Notes: generated by a model from the letters alone, not told the origin. DNA of 64,000 nucleotides from Octopus sinensis (GCF_006345805.1 NC_043020.1:930001-994000), one strand, 5' to 3'; positions 1-13,456 are shown, counted from the stretch's first letter. A program made the numbers and translations.

Positions 1-281
1 TGTAATTATTTGGAGGAAAAAATAAAAAGTTGTTATACTTAACTTTACCAAAGTTCCATCCACATGAGCGGGCAGTGTTCAGCGGTCACACTCTAAATAC
101 CTATTAACTGGTGAAATTGGAAGGTAAACCAGTGAAGTGTTCATTGCAAGGCATTGAGCGAAATCACCAAACGATGACCACCCACCTGATGGTCTGCTGG
201 TGGATTACAATAATAATTCTAATACGCAACACTTTGGTTTTAACTGTTCTGCGATTACTCAAGCGCTACTTCTCACATTTC

Positions 282-840
282 ATCATCGTTTAACGTCTGC
301 TTTCCATGCTAGCATGGGTTGGACGATTTTGACTGAGGACTGGAGAACCGATGGCTACACCAGGCTCCAATCTTGATCTGGCAGAGTTTCTACAGCTGGA
401 TGCCCTTCCTAACACCAACCACTCCGAGAGTGCAGCGGGAGCTTTTTACGTGCCACCGGCACGGGGGCCAGTCAGGCGGTACTGGCAACAACCTCGCTCG
501 AATCCTTTTACACATGCCACCAGCACAGATGCCAGTAAGGTGCCCTTTTACGTGTCACTGGGCTCCAATCTTGATTTGGCAGTGTTTCTACAGATGGATG
601 CCCTTCCTAACGCCAACCACTCCGAGAGTGTAGTGGATGCTTTTTACGTGCCACCGACACGGGAGCCAGTCAGGCGGAACTGGCAACGACCTCGCTCGAA
701 TCCTTTTACACATGCCACCAGCACAGGTGCCAGTAAGGCGACGTTGGTAACGATCACGCTGGAATGGTACCCTTTTACGTGCCACTGGCACGGAAGCCAG
801 TTGGCTTCTCTGGCAACGATCTCGTTCAAAGAATCCATGG
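282..840 (-). mobile_element. SINE/LINE-tail repeat (GGTTGGCGTTAGGAAGGGCATCCAG core, (GAT)n tail) with internal tandem duplication
   Basis: Same family recurs at about 28860-29150, 48740-48960, 49570-50130 and 52225-52540. Here the segment at about 362-545 is repeated at about 555-730. Confidence 0.75.
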
Positions 841-2069
841 CTGCCTTTCAGACATGCAGCAACTTCTGATGGTGGTGCTTTCTCTGTTACCGATGATTCG
901 CGTCGGCAATCAATCAATGGTATTTTATGTCATCGAAAGTGAACTGAATCTCCGCTTTCAGCAAGAGGCAATGCGCATATGCTCTGAGCGAGGGGATTTG
1001 CTGTTATCGGCAGTCAACCCCGGCACGTTTGAGTTCGCAAATGCATACCTGCCTCCTTCTTTTGACTTGCCCTCACTGTCTCGTTACAAATGAAACTCCA
1101 CCACCGCTTGATAACCGGTGTAGGTTTGTTTGCATCTCCGTAACACAGCGACTTGGAAAATAAAACAGATCGATAGAAATAAGTGCTAGACTTAGAAATA
1201 ATTTTTTTTTTAAAATTAAGTACTAGGGGTCAATTTGTTCGACTAAAACCCTTGAAGACTCTACTCCTTGCTGGCCCATGGACGGAAAAGGATAATTTAC
1301 CCAAGTCTTTGCATGACATTGTTGAAAAATGGAGAGCTTCTGGTGTTGTTAGTCGTTCCAAGCGTGCCACAACTGGTGATGCTAATGCAACTTATTTTGT
1401 CCACACACACACACACAACACAGACACACACACATGTATACGACGGGTTTCCATACAGTTTCTGTCTACTAAATTCACTCACATGGCATTGGTCGGTCCG
1501 AGGCTATTGTTGAAGACACTTGTCCGAGGTGCCGTGCAGTGGGACTGAACCAAAACCACGTGATTGCAAAGCGAGTTTCTTAACCACTTAATAACCACAA
1601 TAAATAAATAACTGCGCGCTCCTCCCGCAATATTTGCGTTGCTCCAGGCGCTGGCAACGCACTCCACGCCACATCACTGCATCTGGTTTGTTCTCTTTTG
1701 CACTTTGCTAAACACGTTCTCCAAGAATCCTCTATCGAATATTCCGTATTCATTTCCTTTTTTTCTTGCCAAAGACACTGCCTGCAGTTCTTAATTTCTT
1801 TCGGCTTCGCGACGTGCTGGTGTTCAAAACGAAAAAGAAAAATTCCTATCATATAGAAAGTTTGAAATAATGTGCGCACTTCAGATTGGAAGCTAAAAAA
1901 GTTACTGGCGCACTTCACATGGAAAGCTGAAAATTACCAACGCATTTCTTATGGGAAAAAGAAAAACAAAAATGCCATTTTTCAAGCTAAAAATTGATGG
2001 GAAAATAGAGAAACCTATTGCTCATCTCGTTTTTTTTTTACTTTTGCTTGTCTTCTGGGGTTTTTTTTG

Positions 2070-2480
2070 TGTATGTATTACTTATTTCAGTCATTGGACT
2101 GCGGCCATGCTGGGGTAGCGTATTCAAGAGTTTTAGTCGAACAAATTGACCCCTAGTACTTAAATTAAAAAAAAAATTTTTTCTTTTAAAGTCTAGCACT
2201 TATTCTATCGATCTGGTTTTTTTTTCCGAGTCGCTGTGTTACGGAGACGCAAACAAACCAGCACTGGTTATCAAGAGGTGGTGAGGAACAAACACCGGCA
2301 AATACATAGACACATATATTTACGCGCGCGCGAGCACAAACATGACAGGTTTTCACACAGTTTCCGTCTACCACAAATTCATTTTGGGGCTATAGTAGAA
2401 AGAAACTTGCCCAAGGTGTCAAGCAATGGCAGTGAGCCCAAAACCACGTGGTTGCAAAGTGGACCTTTTAACCACGCAGC
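2070..2480 (-). mobile_element. tRNA-derived SINE family S1
   Basis: Reverse copy of the bipartite SINE seen at 39717 and 47852. Its 5' head runs directly into the 81-bp array. Confidence 0.75.
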
Positions 2481-4146
2481 TATGCGAGGAGATGGATTCA
2501 TTTACACTGTTTTTGTGTGCGTTGATTCATTTTGCAAAGTGGGCCTTTTAACCACGCAGCTATGCGAGGAGATGGATTCATTTATCACTGATTTTGTGTG
2601 CGTTGATCATTTTGCAAAGTGGATTTAACCACGCAGCTATGCGAGGAGATGGATTCATTTATCACTGTTTTTGTGTGCGTTGATTCATTTTGCAAAGTGG
2701 GCCTTTTAACCACGCAGCATGCGAGGAGATGGATTCATTTCTCACTGATTTTGTGTGCGTTGATTCATTTTGCAAAGTGGACCTTTTAACCACGCAGCTA
2801 TGCGAGGAGATGGATTCATTTATCACTGTTTTTGTGTGCGTTGATTCATTTTGCAAAGTGGGCCTTTTAACCACGCAGCTATGCGAGGAGATGGATTCAT
2901 TTATCACTGATTTTGTGTGCGTTGATTCATTTTGCAAAGTGGACCTTTTAACCACGCAGCTATGCGAGGAGATGGATTCATTTATCACTGATTTTGTGTG
3001 CGTTGATTCATTTTGCAAAGTGGGCCTTTTAACCACGCAGCTATGCGAGGAGATGGATTCATTTATCACTGTTTTTGTGTGCGTTGATTCATTTTGCAAA
3101 GTGGGCCTTTTAACCACGCAGCTATGCGAGGAGATGGATTCATTTATCACTGATTTTGTGTGCGTTGATTCATTTTGCAAAGTGGACCTTTTAACCACGC
3201 AGCTATGCGAGGAGATGGATTCATTTATCACTGTTTTTGTGTGCGTTGATTCATTTTGCAAAGTGGGCCTTTTAACCACGCAGCTATGCGAGATGGATTC
3301 ATTTATCACTGTTTTTGTGTGCGTTGATTCATTTTGCAAAGTGGGCCTTTTAACCACGCAGCTATGCGAGATGGATTCATTTATCACTGTTTTTGTGTGC
3401 GTTGATTCATTTTGCAAAGTGGGCCTTTTAACCACGCAGCTATGCGAGATGGATTCATTTATCACTGTTTTTGTGTGCGTTGATTCATTTTGCAAAGTGG
3501 GCCTTTTAACCACGCAGCTATGCGAGATGGATTCATTTATCACTGTTTTTGTGTGCGTTGATTCATTTTGCAAAGTGGGCCTTTTTGAAAACCACGCAGC
3601 TATGCGAAGAGATGGATTCATTTATCACTGATTTTGTGTGCGTTGATTCATTTTGCAAAGTGGGCCTTTTTGAAAACCACGCAGCTATGCGAAGAGATGG
3701 ATTCATTTATCACTGTTTTTGTGTGCGTTGATTCATTTTGCAAAGTGGGCCTTTTTGAAAACCACGCAGCTATGCGAGGAGATGGATTCATTTATCACTG
3801 ATTTTGTGTGCGTTGATTCATTTTGCAAAGTGGGCCTTTTAACCACACTGCTATGCGAGGAGATGGATTCATTTATCACTGTTTTTGTGTGCGTTGATTC
3901 ATTTTGCAAAGTGGGCCTTTTAACCACGCAGCTATGCGAGATGGATTCATTTATCACTGTTTTTGTGTGCGTTGATTCATTTTGCAAAGTGGGCTTTTCA
4001 GCCACGCAGCTATGCGAGGAGATGGATTCATTTATCACTGTTTTTGTTTGCGTTGATTCATTTTGCAAAGTGGGCCTTTTTGAAAACCACGTAGCTATGC
4101 GAAGAGATGGATTCATTTATCACTGTTTTTGTTTGCGTTGATTCAT
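2455..4146. repeat. 81-bp minisatellite, about 21 units (78- and 85-bp variants)
   Basis: Unit ttttaaccacgcagctatgcgaggagatggattcatttatcactgtttttgtgtgcgttgattcattttgcaaagtgggcc, giving 27-aa periodicity in both-strand ORFs. Confidence 0.97.
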
Positions 4147-4699
4147 TATCTTGTTTTTGTATCGAGCGAGGAGGCGGTGGCGGTTGACCCCCGCCCAACC
4201 TCCGTGATAAACGAGCATAGTTGTGTTACTCTGTAGCTCGTTATCCCATTCGCTACCTGCTCTTTATTGGGTAGGATATTATTTTGTGATATAAGGCTTG
4301 GCTCTGTTATTGACTTTGCAGCAACACTCTGCCCTGTCCTGAACCGTTCTATCGCCACACAATCGTTAAACAAACAGATACAGCAACGTTATTATCCAAT
4401 AGCACTTTCTGCTCTCCTGACCAGTTCTATCCACTCACAATGGCCAAACAGTTATGAAATATTTCAATGGAGAACCAGTGCTGCCATCTTGCTGCTGTTT
4501 CAACAGTTTACTAATCCATCTTCAAGTGTCTGCTTTGTGCAAAATATATCTTTTTCTATTCATTCGGTTTTTCGAGGATGGTTCTGTTGTGTGAACTGCC
4601 ATCCACAAATGTTTTGTATCCTGTGTGATGTGTGCTGCAACAAACACACACGCGCGGGCACAGAGCAATCTGCTTTTGTGCGTGTGTACAGTAAAGGTG

Positions 4700-5430
4700 T
4701 GTATAGTATGTATATTTACGTGTAGGTGTGTGTGTGTACATTTGTATGTATATGTATTTTATATGTGTGTGTGTGTATATATGTATTTGTTGCACGTGCG
4801 TGTATACATTTGTATGTATTTGTATTTTTATATATGTGTGTGTGTATACATTTGTATATATATATATGTATTTATTGCATGTGTGTATATATATTTGTGT
4901 GTGTGTGTGTGTGTATATATATATACGTGCGTGTGTATGTATGTCTCTGTGTGTGTATACGTATGTATGTATGTATATATATTTGTGTATGTATGTGAAT
5001 ATGTATATATGCAGAGATGAAAATGTGTATGTGTATATGGTGTGCACAGAGACACATAGATAGGTGTGTTTTGTGTGTATATGTGTATGTGTATACATTT
5101 GTATATATATATTCTATGTGTGTATATACATTTGTATGTTTATATGTATGTATTCTGTGTGTGTGTAAATATTTGTATGTATGTGTATACGTATGTGTGT
5201 ATATGTATGTGTGTGAATATGTATATATGCATACACATATGTATGTATTGTATACGTGTATGTATATATGTGTGTGTGTGTGTTTACATATATCTTTGCA
5301 CACAAATGTATATATATATATATACGTATGCACAGACACACCTTTACGCACCACACTACCGTATACAGATACATGCACACACACACATATTCTTTCTCTC
5401 TCTCTCACACACACACACACACACGACTAC
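4700..5430. repeat. Compound (TG)n/(TA)n microsatellite
   Basis: Direct inspection. Similar tracts at about 5950-6520, 7375-7610 (ATGT)n, 8477-9300, 13420-14010, 14420-15020, 18580-18900, 19320-20315, 27520-28200, 31380-32360, 33205-34180 and 42590-43160. Confidence 0.95.
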
Positions 5431-5948
5431 CGCGTCCATCTGATGCAATAGTAATGTAAGAAATCTTGCAAAGAGACCGAAGCGAGATAACTGCAGCCAT
5501 TGTGCTATTGCTCTCATCCTTAAATCAATGACGTATTTCTCCAAAAGAACCTCAAATCTAATTCCTTTCGACGATGTGGCGGTTGGAGGGGGTGGGGGTG
5601 AGGAGGAGGAGGAGCGGAGAGCAAGGCTGACGAGAAAAGATGGATCTACTCAAAACTTTTACAATTGGTCCCAGGAAAATGATTTTTGTTTTGGCTTGAG
5701 AAATCTCGCTGATGTCAGAATGTTGGAAGGAACGCATCGGTGGGTGAATGGGGGAAATTCAGAAGAATCACTCAAATAATGTAACAAACGGATGTGAAGG
5801 AATGGGTGGGTGGTGGTGGCGGTGATGGTGAGGTGATTGTATGCTTCCACTTCTAAAATGTACAATAACAATAATAGCCACAACAAGAACATCCATACCG
5901 ACATTGCCATTTGCAGAATAGGTGAGAACGAAGCTTTAGAAAGAAAAG

Positions 5949-6012
<64 letters not shown>

Positions 6013-6308
6013 ATGTATGTATGTATGTATATATGTATATATATATACACACACACAATGCAAAATCACTTTTCGTAGGTGAGAAGCCATTGTATTGAAT
6101 AATAACATCGGGGTCTCTTGTTGGTGTTCGAGTGTATATAGATCTGATTTAATGGTAATGTATAGAATGTATACACACACACACACACACACCTATATAT
6201 AGGTGTTTATATATATATGTAGGTGTTATTTATATATATATATATATATATGTGTGTGGTATGTATGTAGGTGTTTATATATATATATATATATATATAT
6301 ATGTAGGT

Positions 6309-6351
<43 letters not shown>

Positions 6352-6365
6352 GGTGTTTATGTATG

Positions 6366-6427
<62 letters not shown>

Positions 6428-7393
6428 TGTGTGTGTGTGTATGTATGTATGTGTGTGTGTGTTTAGATATATATTGTGTGTGGGTGTGTGTGTTTAGATA
6501 TATAATGTGTGTGTGTGTGTGTTGGAGGGAAATATACCGGTGCCTGTTCAGCCATTCCACCAATTTCCACTGACCAGAATTGGCCTTCTGCAAAATAATT
6601 ACAAAAACCTAAATTGCTCCATTCATTGGAACTCGTGGGGAAAAAGAAAGCATTTTTCCAGAATCTCTCCTTCCCCAAAATATATCAACTCGATTGCATT
6701 GACCCTTTCACTGTGTTCGTTCCAATAAATGGACCAATCTGTATTCTTCTCCCAATCACTGCTAGACAAAAGCTGTATATCCTTTTAACCCCCACTTGTT
6801 TTTTTTTTTCCCTTTTTTTTTCTCCTCTCTGTACTCTCAAGAGTAGCTTGAGCAAACCTTTGTTCTCTTGACATCGTACTATTTTCTTACATCAGTCCAA
6901 TCTTTGCAGTAAAAAAAAAAAAAAAAAAAGAAGGCAGAGATTGTATCTATGTGCCGGGAGAAGAACAAAGATTTGTTCCCTCGGGTTGAAAGAGAAACTC
7001 TTCGCTCCCGTTTTCTTTTTTTTGCTTTAGAGGAAATAACAAAGTTACCATCAATTTTTAACTTTTGCAACTTGTGAAGAAATCAATGATTGGTGCAATG
7101 GACTGGTGCATAAATTTGCAGAATTAGTCTAACTTTGCTTGGAAATAAAATATCTGGAAGGATAGAACAACACTGCTGAATTGAAGGATAGAAAAAAAAC
7201 CTCAAAAGAAGGCAATGCTGTTTTTCAAAATCAGATTAGTCTTGATCCAATATTACCTATGATCCTAGGTGTTCCGGTCATGACCATCACGTCTTTTATT
7301 CGAAAATATTGAATCTAGACTATAATACATTAGCCAGTATTTCCATTGCCATTTGATTACATTCTCCTCTCTGTATGTATGTATTCTCAGATC

Positions 7394-7424
<31 letters not shown>

Positions 7425-7540
7425 TGTATGTATGTATGTATGTATGTATGTATGTATGCATGCATGCATGTATGTATGTATGTATGTATGTATGTATGCA
7501 TGCATGCAGATGTATGAATGTATGTATGTATGCATGCATG

Positions 7541-7574
<34 letters not shown>

Positions 7575-9088
7575 TGCATGCATGCATGCATGTGTGTGTG
7601 TATATGTTTGTGTGTCTGTGTTTATCCCCCCAATATCGCTTGATAACCGATGCTGGTGTGTTTACGTACCCGTAACTTAGTGTTTCGGCAAAAGAGACCG
7701 ATAGAATAAGTACTAGGCTTACAAAGAATAAGTCCTGGGTGCAATTTGCTCGACTAAAGGCGGTGCTCCAGCATGGCCACAGCCAAAATGACTGAAACAA
7801 GTAAAAGAGTAAGAGAGACCAATTCAGTAAACCTATCATTATTACAACATCAATGACTACCAAAAACAACTGTAAGCCGAAATTACTCCAGTAAAGGAAA
7901 AATACGTTATGACCATTATTTATACCTTGTCTTTCACACATATATATGACCACGAAGTTTCGTCAGTGGTTGTCTTGGTCAAACTCCGACGAAGTCAACG
8001 ACCGATACGTAACCGATACCTAAACAGGCTAAATATATTCAAAACTGGATAAAATTGTTCAAACCTTCCCCACTTCCATTCTAATCCATAACTCATTATC
8101 TCATCGCTGGTAGTTCCATTCTTCACGACTGATAATTAAAAAGTAGAATTACTTTTAAAATGTTCCATTTACTTAACAACCTACACCGTTAAGACAGATT
8201 AATACAAAACACTGATTGCGTTACTGTGTCGCGTTGTCTTAGCTATGGAAACGAAGATACTTGTTAGTGTAAAGTAGTATGCTAAAGATTCCAATAACTC
8301 AGTCTTAACTAGATTCACTGTTAGTCGTAATAGCTACAGACCGTACCTAATAAACTGTTACCACGTATTATTTAATAACTTTCAAGATTCTAAGCGAAAA
8401 ATACAATGAGTTGGAAGCCAAAAACTTTTAGTCTTTCCTTCCAGTCACCACAAAATGTTTAATAATAGGAGTTCAATATATATATATATATTATATATAT
8501 ATATATGTATATGTGTGTGTGTATGTATATATAAAATATATATATATATATTGTATATAATATATATGAATATATGTATGTAGTATATATATGTTATGAT
8601 TATAATATATATGTATATATGTATATGTATATAATATATATATGTATATATATATGTATATATATGTTATATATATTATATGGTGTATAATATATATATA
8701 TATATATTATATATGTGCTGTGTGTGTATATATGTATATAGATGTATATATATATGTATATATATATATGTGTGTATATATATATATTGTGTGTATATAT
8801 ATATAATAATATATATATATATATATATAAGGATATTTAAATTAATTTTACTGCATGCACACACACACACACACACTAAAACATAGGTATATATACATCT
8901 GTGTATATGCATTTGTGTATGTATACATTTGTGTGTATGCACGCGTGTTTGTGTATGTGCGCATTCAAAATAAACAACGGAAATTAAATGTGTGTGTTGT
9001 GTGGGTGTGTGTGAATATATATCACAGACACACACACATTCTGTAGAATGTATAAATACGTATGTGTGTGTACATATATATACATATG

Positions 9089-9136
<48 letters not shown>

Positions 9137-9234
9137 TATATTATATATATATATATATATACGTATGAAAGAAAGTCTGGTACATATTTCATATGTGCAT
9201 ATATATATATTTATGTTTGTGTATATGCACACAC

Positions 9235-9290
<56 letters not shown>

Positions 9291-9659
9291 GTGTGTGCAT
9301 CCTTGCTACAGTTAATAAATATGACAAACAAAGGAGATTTACCATCTTCATACAAATGAGAATTGAAACTTGAACGCAGGAAGTCAAAAACCTAAAAACA
9401 AGTCGAAAGGTTTAGCAAGGGCGACGATGGAGGTATGTGTTGCGTAAAATTAGATATTGCCATAAGATAAATTAAATTGGAGGTCAAATAATTTAATTAA
9501 GTTCCAATGTGAATAAATTAATTAGAAAAGTAAGTTTATAATTCATATTTATTAATAGGATTCTGGTTTATTGATTCAGTTTAATATAATTTATATTTAT
9601 TATTATTATTATCGTTGTTGTTGTTTGTTAATCATTGTATATATAATATATATATATAT

Positions 9660-9719
<60 letters not shown>

Positions 9720-9849
9720 AAAATATATTGTAATTTGTATAGTGATCGTGTGTTACAGTTTCCCCCAAGTGACAAGATCAGAAAGCTATAGCGATGCCTA
9801 GGAAATATATATTATTATTATTATATTATTATTATTATTATTAAAGATA

Positions 9850-10082
9850 CAAAAACATTCACAAAAATATCACAAAAAGTTGCTGCTCAGAGTTTCACGT
9901 TTCACGTTCACCAGCGCGGGTTCCGACGAAAGGAAACGTAAAATCGGATCGGAGTAGCAACTTTTTGGTGATATTTTTGTGTGATGTTTTTGCAGCTTCA
10001 ATAATAAAAGCATATTACTCTATTATTATTCGAGTACTATTTTCTCCCGCTTGTTCCATGTTTGTGTGTGGTCACTCTGGTA
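9850..10082 (+). mobile_element. Short element with inverted, degenerate hammerhead pair (H3 type)
   Basis: Arm aaaaacattcacaaaaatatcacaaaaagttgctgctc and its reverse complement flank hammerhead-like remnants. The tail is homologous to 50760-50840 and ends at (TA)n. Confidence 0.6.
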
Positions 10083-10334
10083 TATATATATATATATATA
10101 TATATATTGTGTATATATATATATGATGTGTGTATATATATTGTGTGTATATATATATATAATATATATTATATATATATGGTGTGGTGTGTTGTATATA
10201 TATATATATATATAGTGTATATATCTATGATGTGTTTATATATCTATATATATATTGTGTATATATATGGTGTGTGTGTGTGTACCGTTGGCGATTTTTT
10301 TTCTTCTGTCTTCCCTTCTCTGGATTCCTTCTAT

Positions 10335-10368
10335 GTTTCCGACGAAGAGCTCCGCTCGAAACGTAAAC
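10335..10368 (+). ncRNA. Minimal type-I hammerhead motif (H2 type), CCGACGA core
   Basis: gttt-CCGACGA-a-gagc tcc gctc-GAAA-cg-TA-aac. Stem I is shortened by one base relative to the 32435 copy. It lies in a roughly 180-bp element (10285-10460) between (TA)n tracts. Confidence 0.65.
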
Positions 10369-10455
10369 CCTCCTTCTTTCCTGATCGTCCAATGATACTA
10401 TATTTGTTCCACGTCCTCGCGTTGTTGTGTTTTTTTTTGTGCTTTATGTTTGGAT

Positions 10456-10557
<102 letters not shown>

Positions 10558-10569
10558 AAATGAGTTAAA

Positions 10570-11005
10570 AGTGAAAAACTACAGAAGGCGCTGTTTTAAA
10601 AGGTTAAAAAATCTATATTTGAGTCAATATGTCTGAAGAATATTATTTTCCTTACAATGACATGTTAGAAGAAAGACCGGTTTCGCGTTCAGCTTTTCAA
10701 ATTTTTTACATCGTTATGTTTATGTTGAGAAGAGTTATCGTTATGTTTATGTTGAGAAGAGTTCAAAAAAGGAGGGGTAAGGTAATAAGTGATTTCTTCC
10801 GGGGTTGTAAGGGAGATAATCGCTTAAAAATTTTTGTCTTTCCTTTGGAGTGAATTTCTCTGTATAAGTATGTTGAATGGTTAAGTCTGGGCTTGTACTT
10901 TTCAATGAAGAATGTTTCCTTGTTTGGTCTAATTTGTGTTGGTGTTCCGATAGCACATTGGTAAAATGGAAAGATTAAAAATTGTGGTAGTAGTTGCTAA
11001 TATTT
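10570..11005 (-). mobile_element. Penelope-like element 3' fragment (end of GIY-YIG domain + 3' region)
   Basis: Minus-strand translation PQFLIFPFYQCAIGTPTQIRPNKETFFIEKYKPRLN resembles the PLE endonuclease C-terminus. A collapsed hammerhead remnant (gctga..cgcGAAAccggTC) follows at about 10665-10700. Confidence 0.55.
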
Positions 11006-11379
11006 GTATATATAAATGTATATATGTATCTGTGTGTGGAAATTGTTGTTAAGATACCCGTGCCGGTGACACGTAAAAAGCACCGTCCGAACGTGGCAGA
11101 TGCCAGCGCCGCCTGACTGGTTTTAAAAGTTAGTGGGGATGAAACACATGAAAAAGGGCGTCCTGACACATAACAAACACTTTTTAACTCATTTCTCTTA
11201 TATTACACAAAATATTTAATTAATTATAACATCAGTAATTGCATTCTGCATTCATTAATCTCGCATTTCAGTAACAATGTCCATTATGTATGAGACTTAC
11301 AACTACTGATATAGATATATTTATATCTTTCCTCTTTGCATTCGACCGTGTCCAGCTTGTAAGTTAGTAGATAGGACGG

Positions 11380-11705
11380 TGCCGTTGAATATTGACTATC
11401 GTAGCCAGAGCGTATCCGAAATGAGGTAATTCGAGAACGGAGCCGAATGAAGGGGCGTGATTGCAGCATGATCAAAGAACAAGTTCCGCTGGTCCACGAC
11501 ATGTCACGAGGTTCGCAAACAGGTGGGTCCGCTTAGTTGCCGAGTGGCAGCCAAGAAATTGGAAAAGGCCACTCGGAAGGCCTCCACGCCGATCGGAAGA
11601 CGATTTATTTAGTCAATCTGTACCGAAAAAGAAGGACGCAGTCGAGAAAGAATTGGAAACGTGTATAACAACGTCCTATAGTCTGATCGATACAGGTGAT
11701 AGATA
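11380..11705 (+). mobile_element. RTE-clade LINE 3' fragment
   Basis: AGPRHVTRFANRWVRLVAEWQPRNWKRPLGRPPRRSEDDL resembles the RTE C-terminal consensus WAGHVAR..NRW...EWQPR..KRP.GRP..RW.DDL. Confidence 0.8.
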
Positions 11706-11744
11706 CATACATGCATATATATATATATTTATTTCTTTATTGCC

Positions 11745-11990
11745 CACAAGGGGCTAAACACAGAGGGGACAAACAAGGACAGACAAACGTATTAAGTCGA
11801 TTATATCGACCCCAGTGCGTAACTGGTACCTATTTTAATCGACCCTGAAAGGATGAAAGGCAGAGTCGACCTCAGCGGAATTTGAACTCAGAACGTAACG
11901 GCAGACGAAATACCTATTTCTTTACTACCCACAAGGGGCTAAACACAGAGAGGACAAACAAGGACAGACAAACGGATTAAGTCTATTAAT
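11745..11990 (-). mobile_element. SINE family S2 (GTCGACTTTGCCTTTCATCCTTTCGGGGTCGATAAA central domain)
   Basis: Further copies at about 30060-30270(-), 34925-35150(+), 35168-35400(+), 41545-41950(+), 44830-45070(+), 52550-52900(-) and 53690-54500. Confidence 0.75.
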
Positions 11991-12321
11991 CACTCACCGT
12001 ATATATATATATAAAATAAGAAAATGGAGGAATAGATTTTTATCAATCATCAACTACTAGATAATACCAATTCATATAATTTATTAACTAATTATTTAGG
12101 AGCATCCAGATCAAACAGAATAATACAGAATAAAACTGTACACATCGATGAGTAATATGATACCATAAGAACAATACATATAAATATAAAATGGATCTTA
12201 CAGCTGTTTCAGCCTGTAGATAAGAGTGTACTTTACTGGCAGTATATTGGATAAATGTTATCCCATAGTGGGTTACATTCACAAACCCTATCTCACTTTG
12301 TATTAATATATATATATATAA

Positions 12322-12515
12322 TATTTATTTTATAGAAGGAGCTTCTACAGGACTAGAAACTGTTCATTCAGATGAAATCTTCAGGAAGATTTCATATCGA
12401 ATGAAAACAGTTCTAGTCCTGTAGAAGAAGCTCCTTCTATAAAATAAATTACCTTACTCTGCTATGTATTGAGTACCTTATTTACTGTGGGTTACCCCGA
12501 CTCAACCGGGACCTA
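12322..12515. repeat. About 60-bp-arm inverted repeat plus tail, between (TA)n tracts
   Basis: atttattttatagaaggagcttctacaggactagaaactgttcattcagatgaaatcttc / ag / near-exact reverse complement with small indels. Confidence 0.85.
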
Positions 12516-12531
12516 CATATATATATATATA

Positions 12532-12631
12532 NNNNNNNNNNNNNNNNNNNNNNNNNNNNNNNNNNNNNNNNNNNNNNNNNNNNNNNNNNNNNNNNNNNNN
12601 NNNNNNNNNNNNNNNNNNNNNNNNNNNNNNN
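12532..12631. other. Assembly gap (100 N)
   Basis: Run of N following a (TA)n tract. Confidence 1.
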
Positions 12632-13415
12632 ATTCCATCGAGGGTAACGGTAGCTTAGTTCTTCCCCCGGTGAATAAAATAAAATATCAGTCAACAGTCT
12701 AGAGCTGAGAGCGGTAAAAACAAAATGACTCAAGTTTAAAAAATACACTTAAAACATGCATCATAGTCCTCGCTTGACCAAATCTGTTGTTTTCTGGTTC
12801 AATTCCCAGTTGTAGCTATATCGCTTACGGTCTTGACGGTTTCTCTGGAAAAAAGCATGGCGCTTACCATTTTTTTTCTTTCTTTTTTGTTCCATTTCCA
12901 AAGAAAAAAAAAAGAAAAACAGCGGGAAAAAAAAACAAACAAAAACGCGTGATTTTTTCTTTCTTTTAAATAAACAAACAGAATAAAATAGTTTTAATGG
13001 TTTATAAACTTCGACTATATTCTTAGAAAAGTAAAACGAATACCTACATACATGCCCACTAAAAGCAACTGTAATAATAATAATAACAATAATAGTTGTA
13101 AAGTCAGTCATCACCTCCTCTGCACCTCCACACTGATGAAAACAAAACAAATCTATTTCCAGAGCTAGCTCGGTCCATAAATCACAACAGCCCTTCCCTC
13201 CTCTTCTCTCTCTCCCAGGTGACTGTAACTTCGTCAACTTAAATCTACATCGTCCTTCGCTCCGGCACCTCCTCTTCTTCCTCCTCCTCCTGCTCCGTTG
13301 ATGCTATTAAACAGATGATGTTTGAACACATGTAATGTTGGAGAAAATAATATAAAAAATATTTTAAAAATTCCTTGCTGTCTCTTTCTCTCTCTCTCTT
13401 TTCCATGTCTCTCTC

Positions 13416-13456
<41 letters not shown>

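Noticed and set aside
764-1093. ORF segment RVGNQSMVFYVIESEL as a FUT8 stem-region exon
   Set aside because: Only faint resemblance to RIENGAKELWFFLQSEL, it needs an indel, and there is no credible donor site.
2455-4146. CRISPR array or repeat-protein gene
   Set aside because: Units are wholly repeated with no unique spacers and there are no cas genes. 85-bp variants break the frame and no splice or domain support exists.
7945-8015. Functional hammerhead at ccgacgaagtcaacgaccgatacgta
   Set aside because: GAAA is changed to GATA and stem I does not pair; counted only as a possible remnant.
9402-9434. Small exon ending at a GAG|GTATGT donor
   Set aside because: No polypyrimidine acceptor and no homology.
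13208-13340. Exon after a strong ctctctcccag acceptor
   Set aside because: Stops in all three frames and no homology; the pyrimidine tract is a (CT)n repeat.
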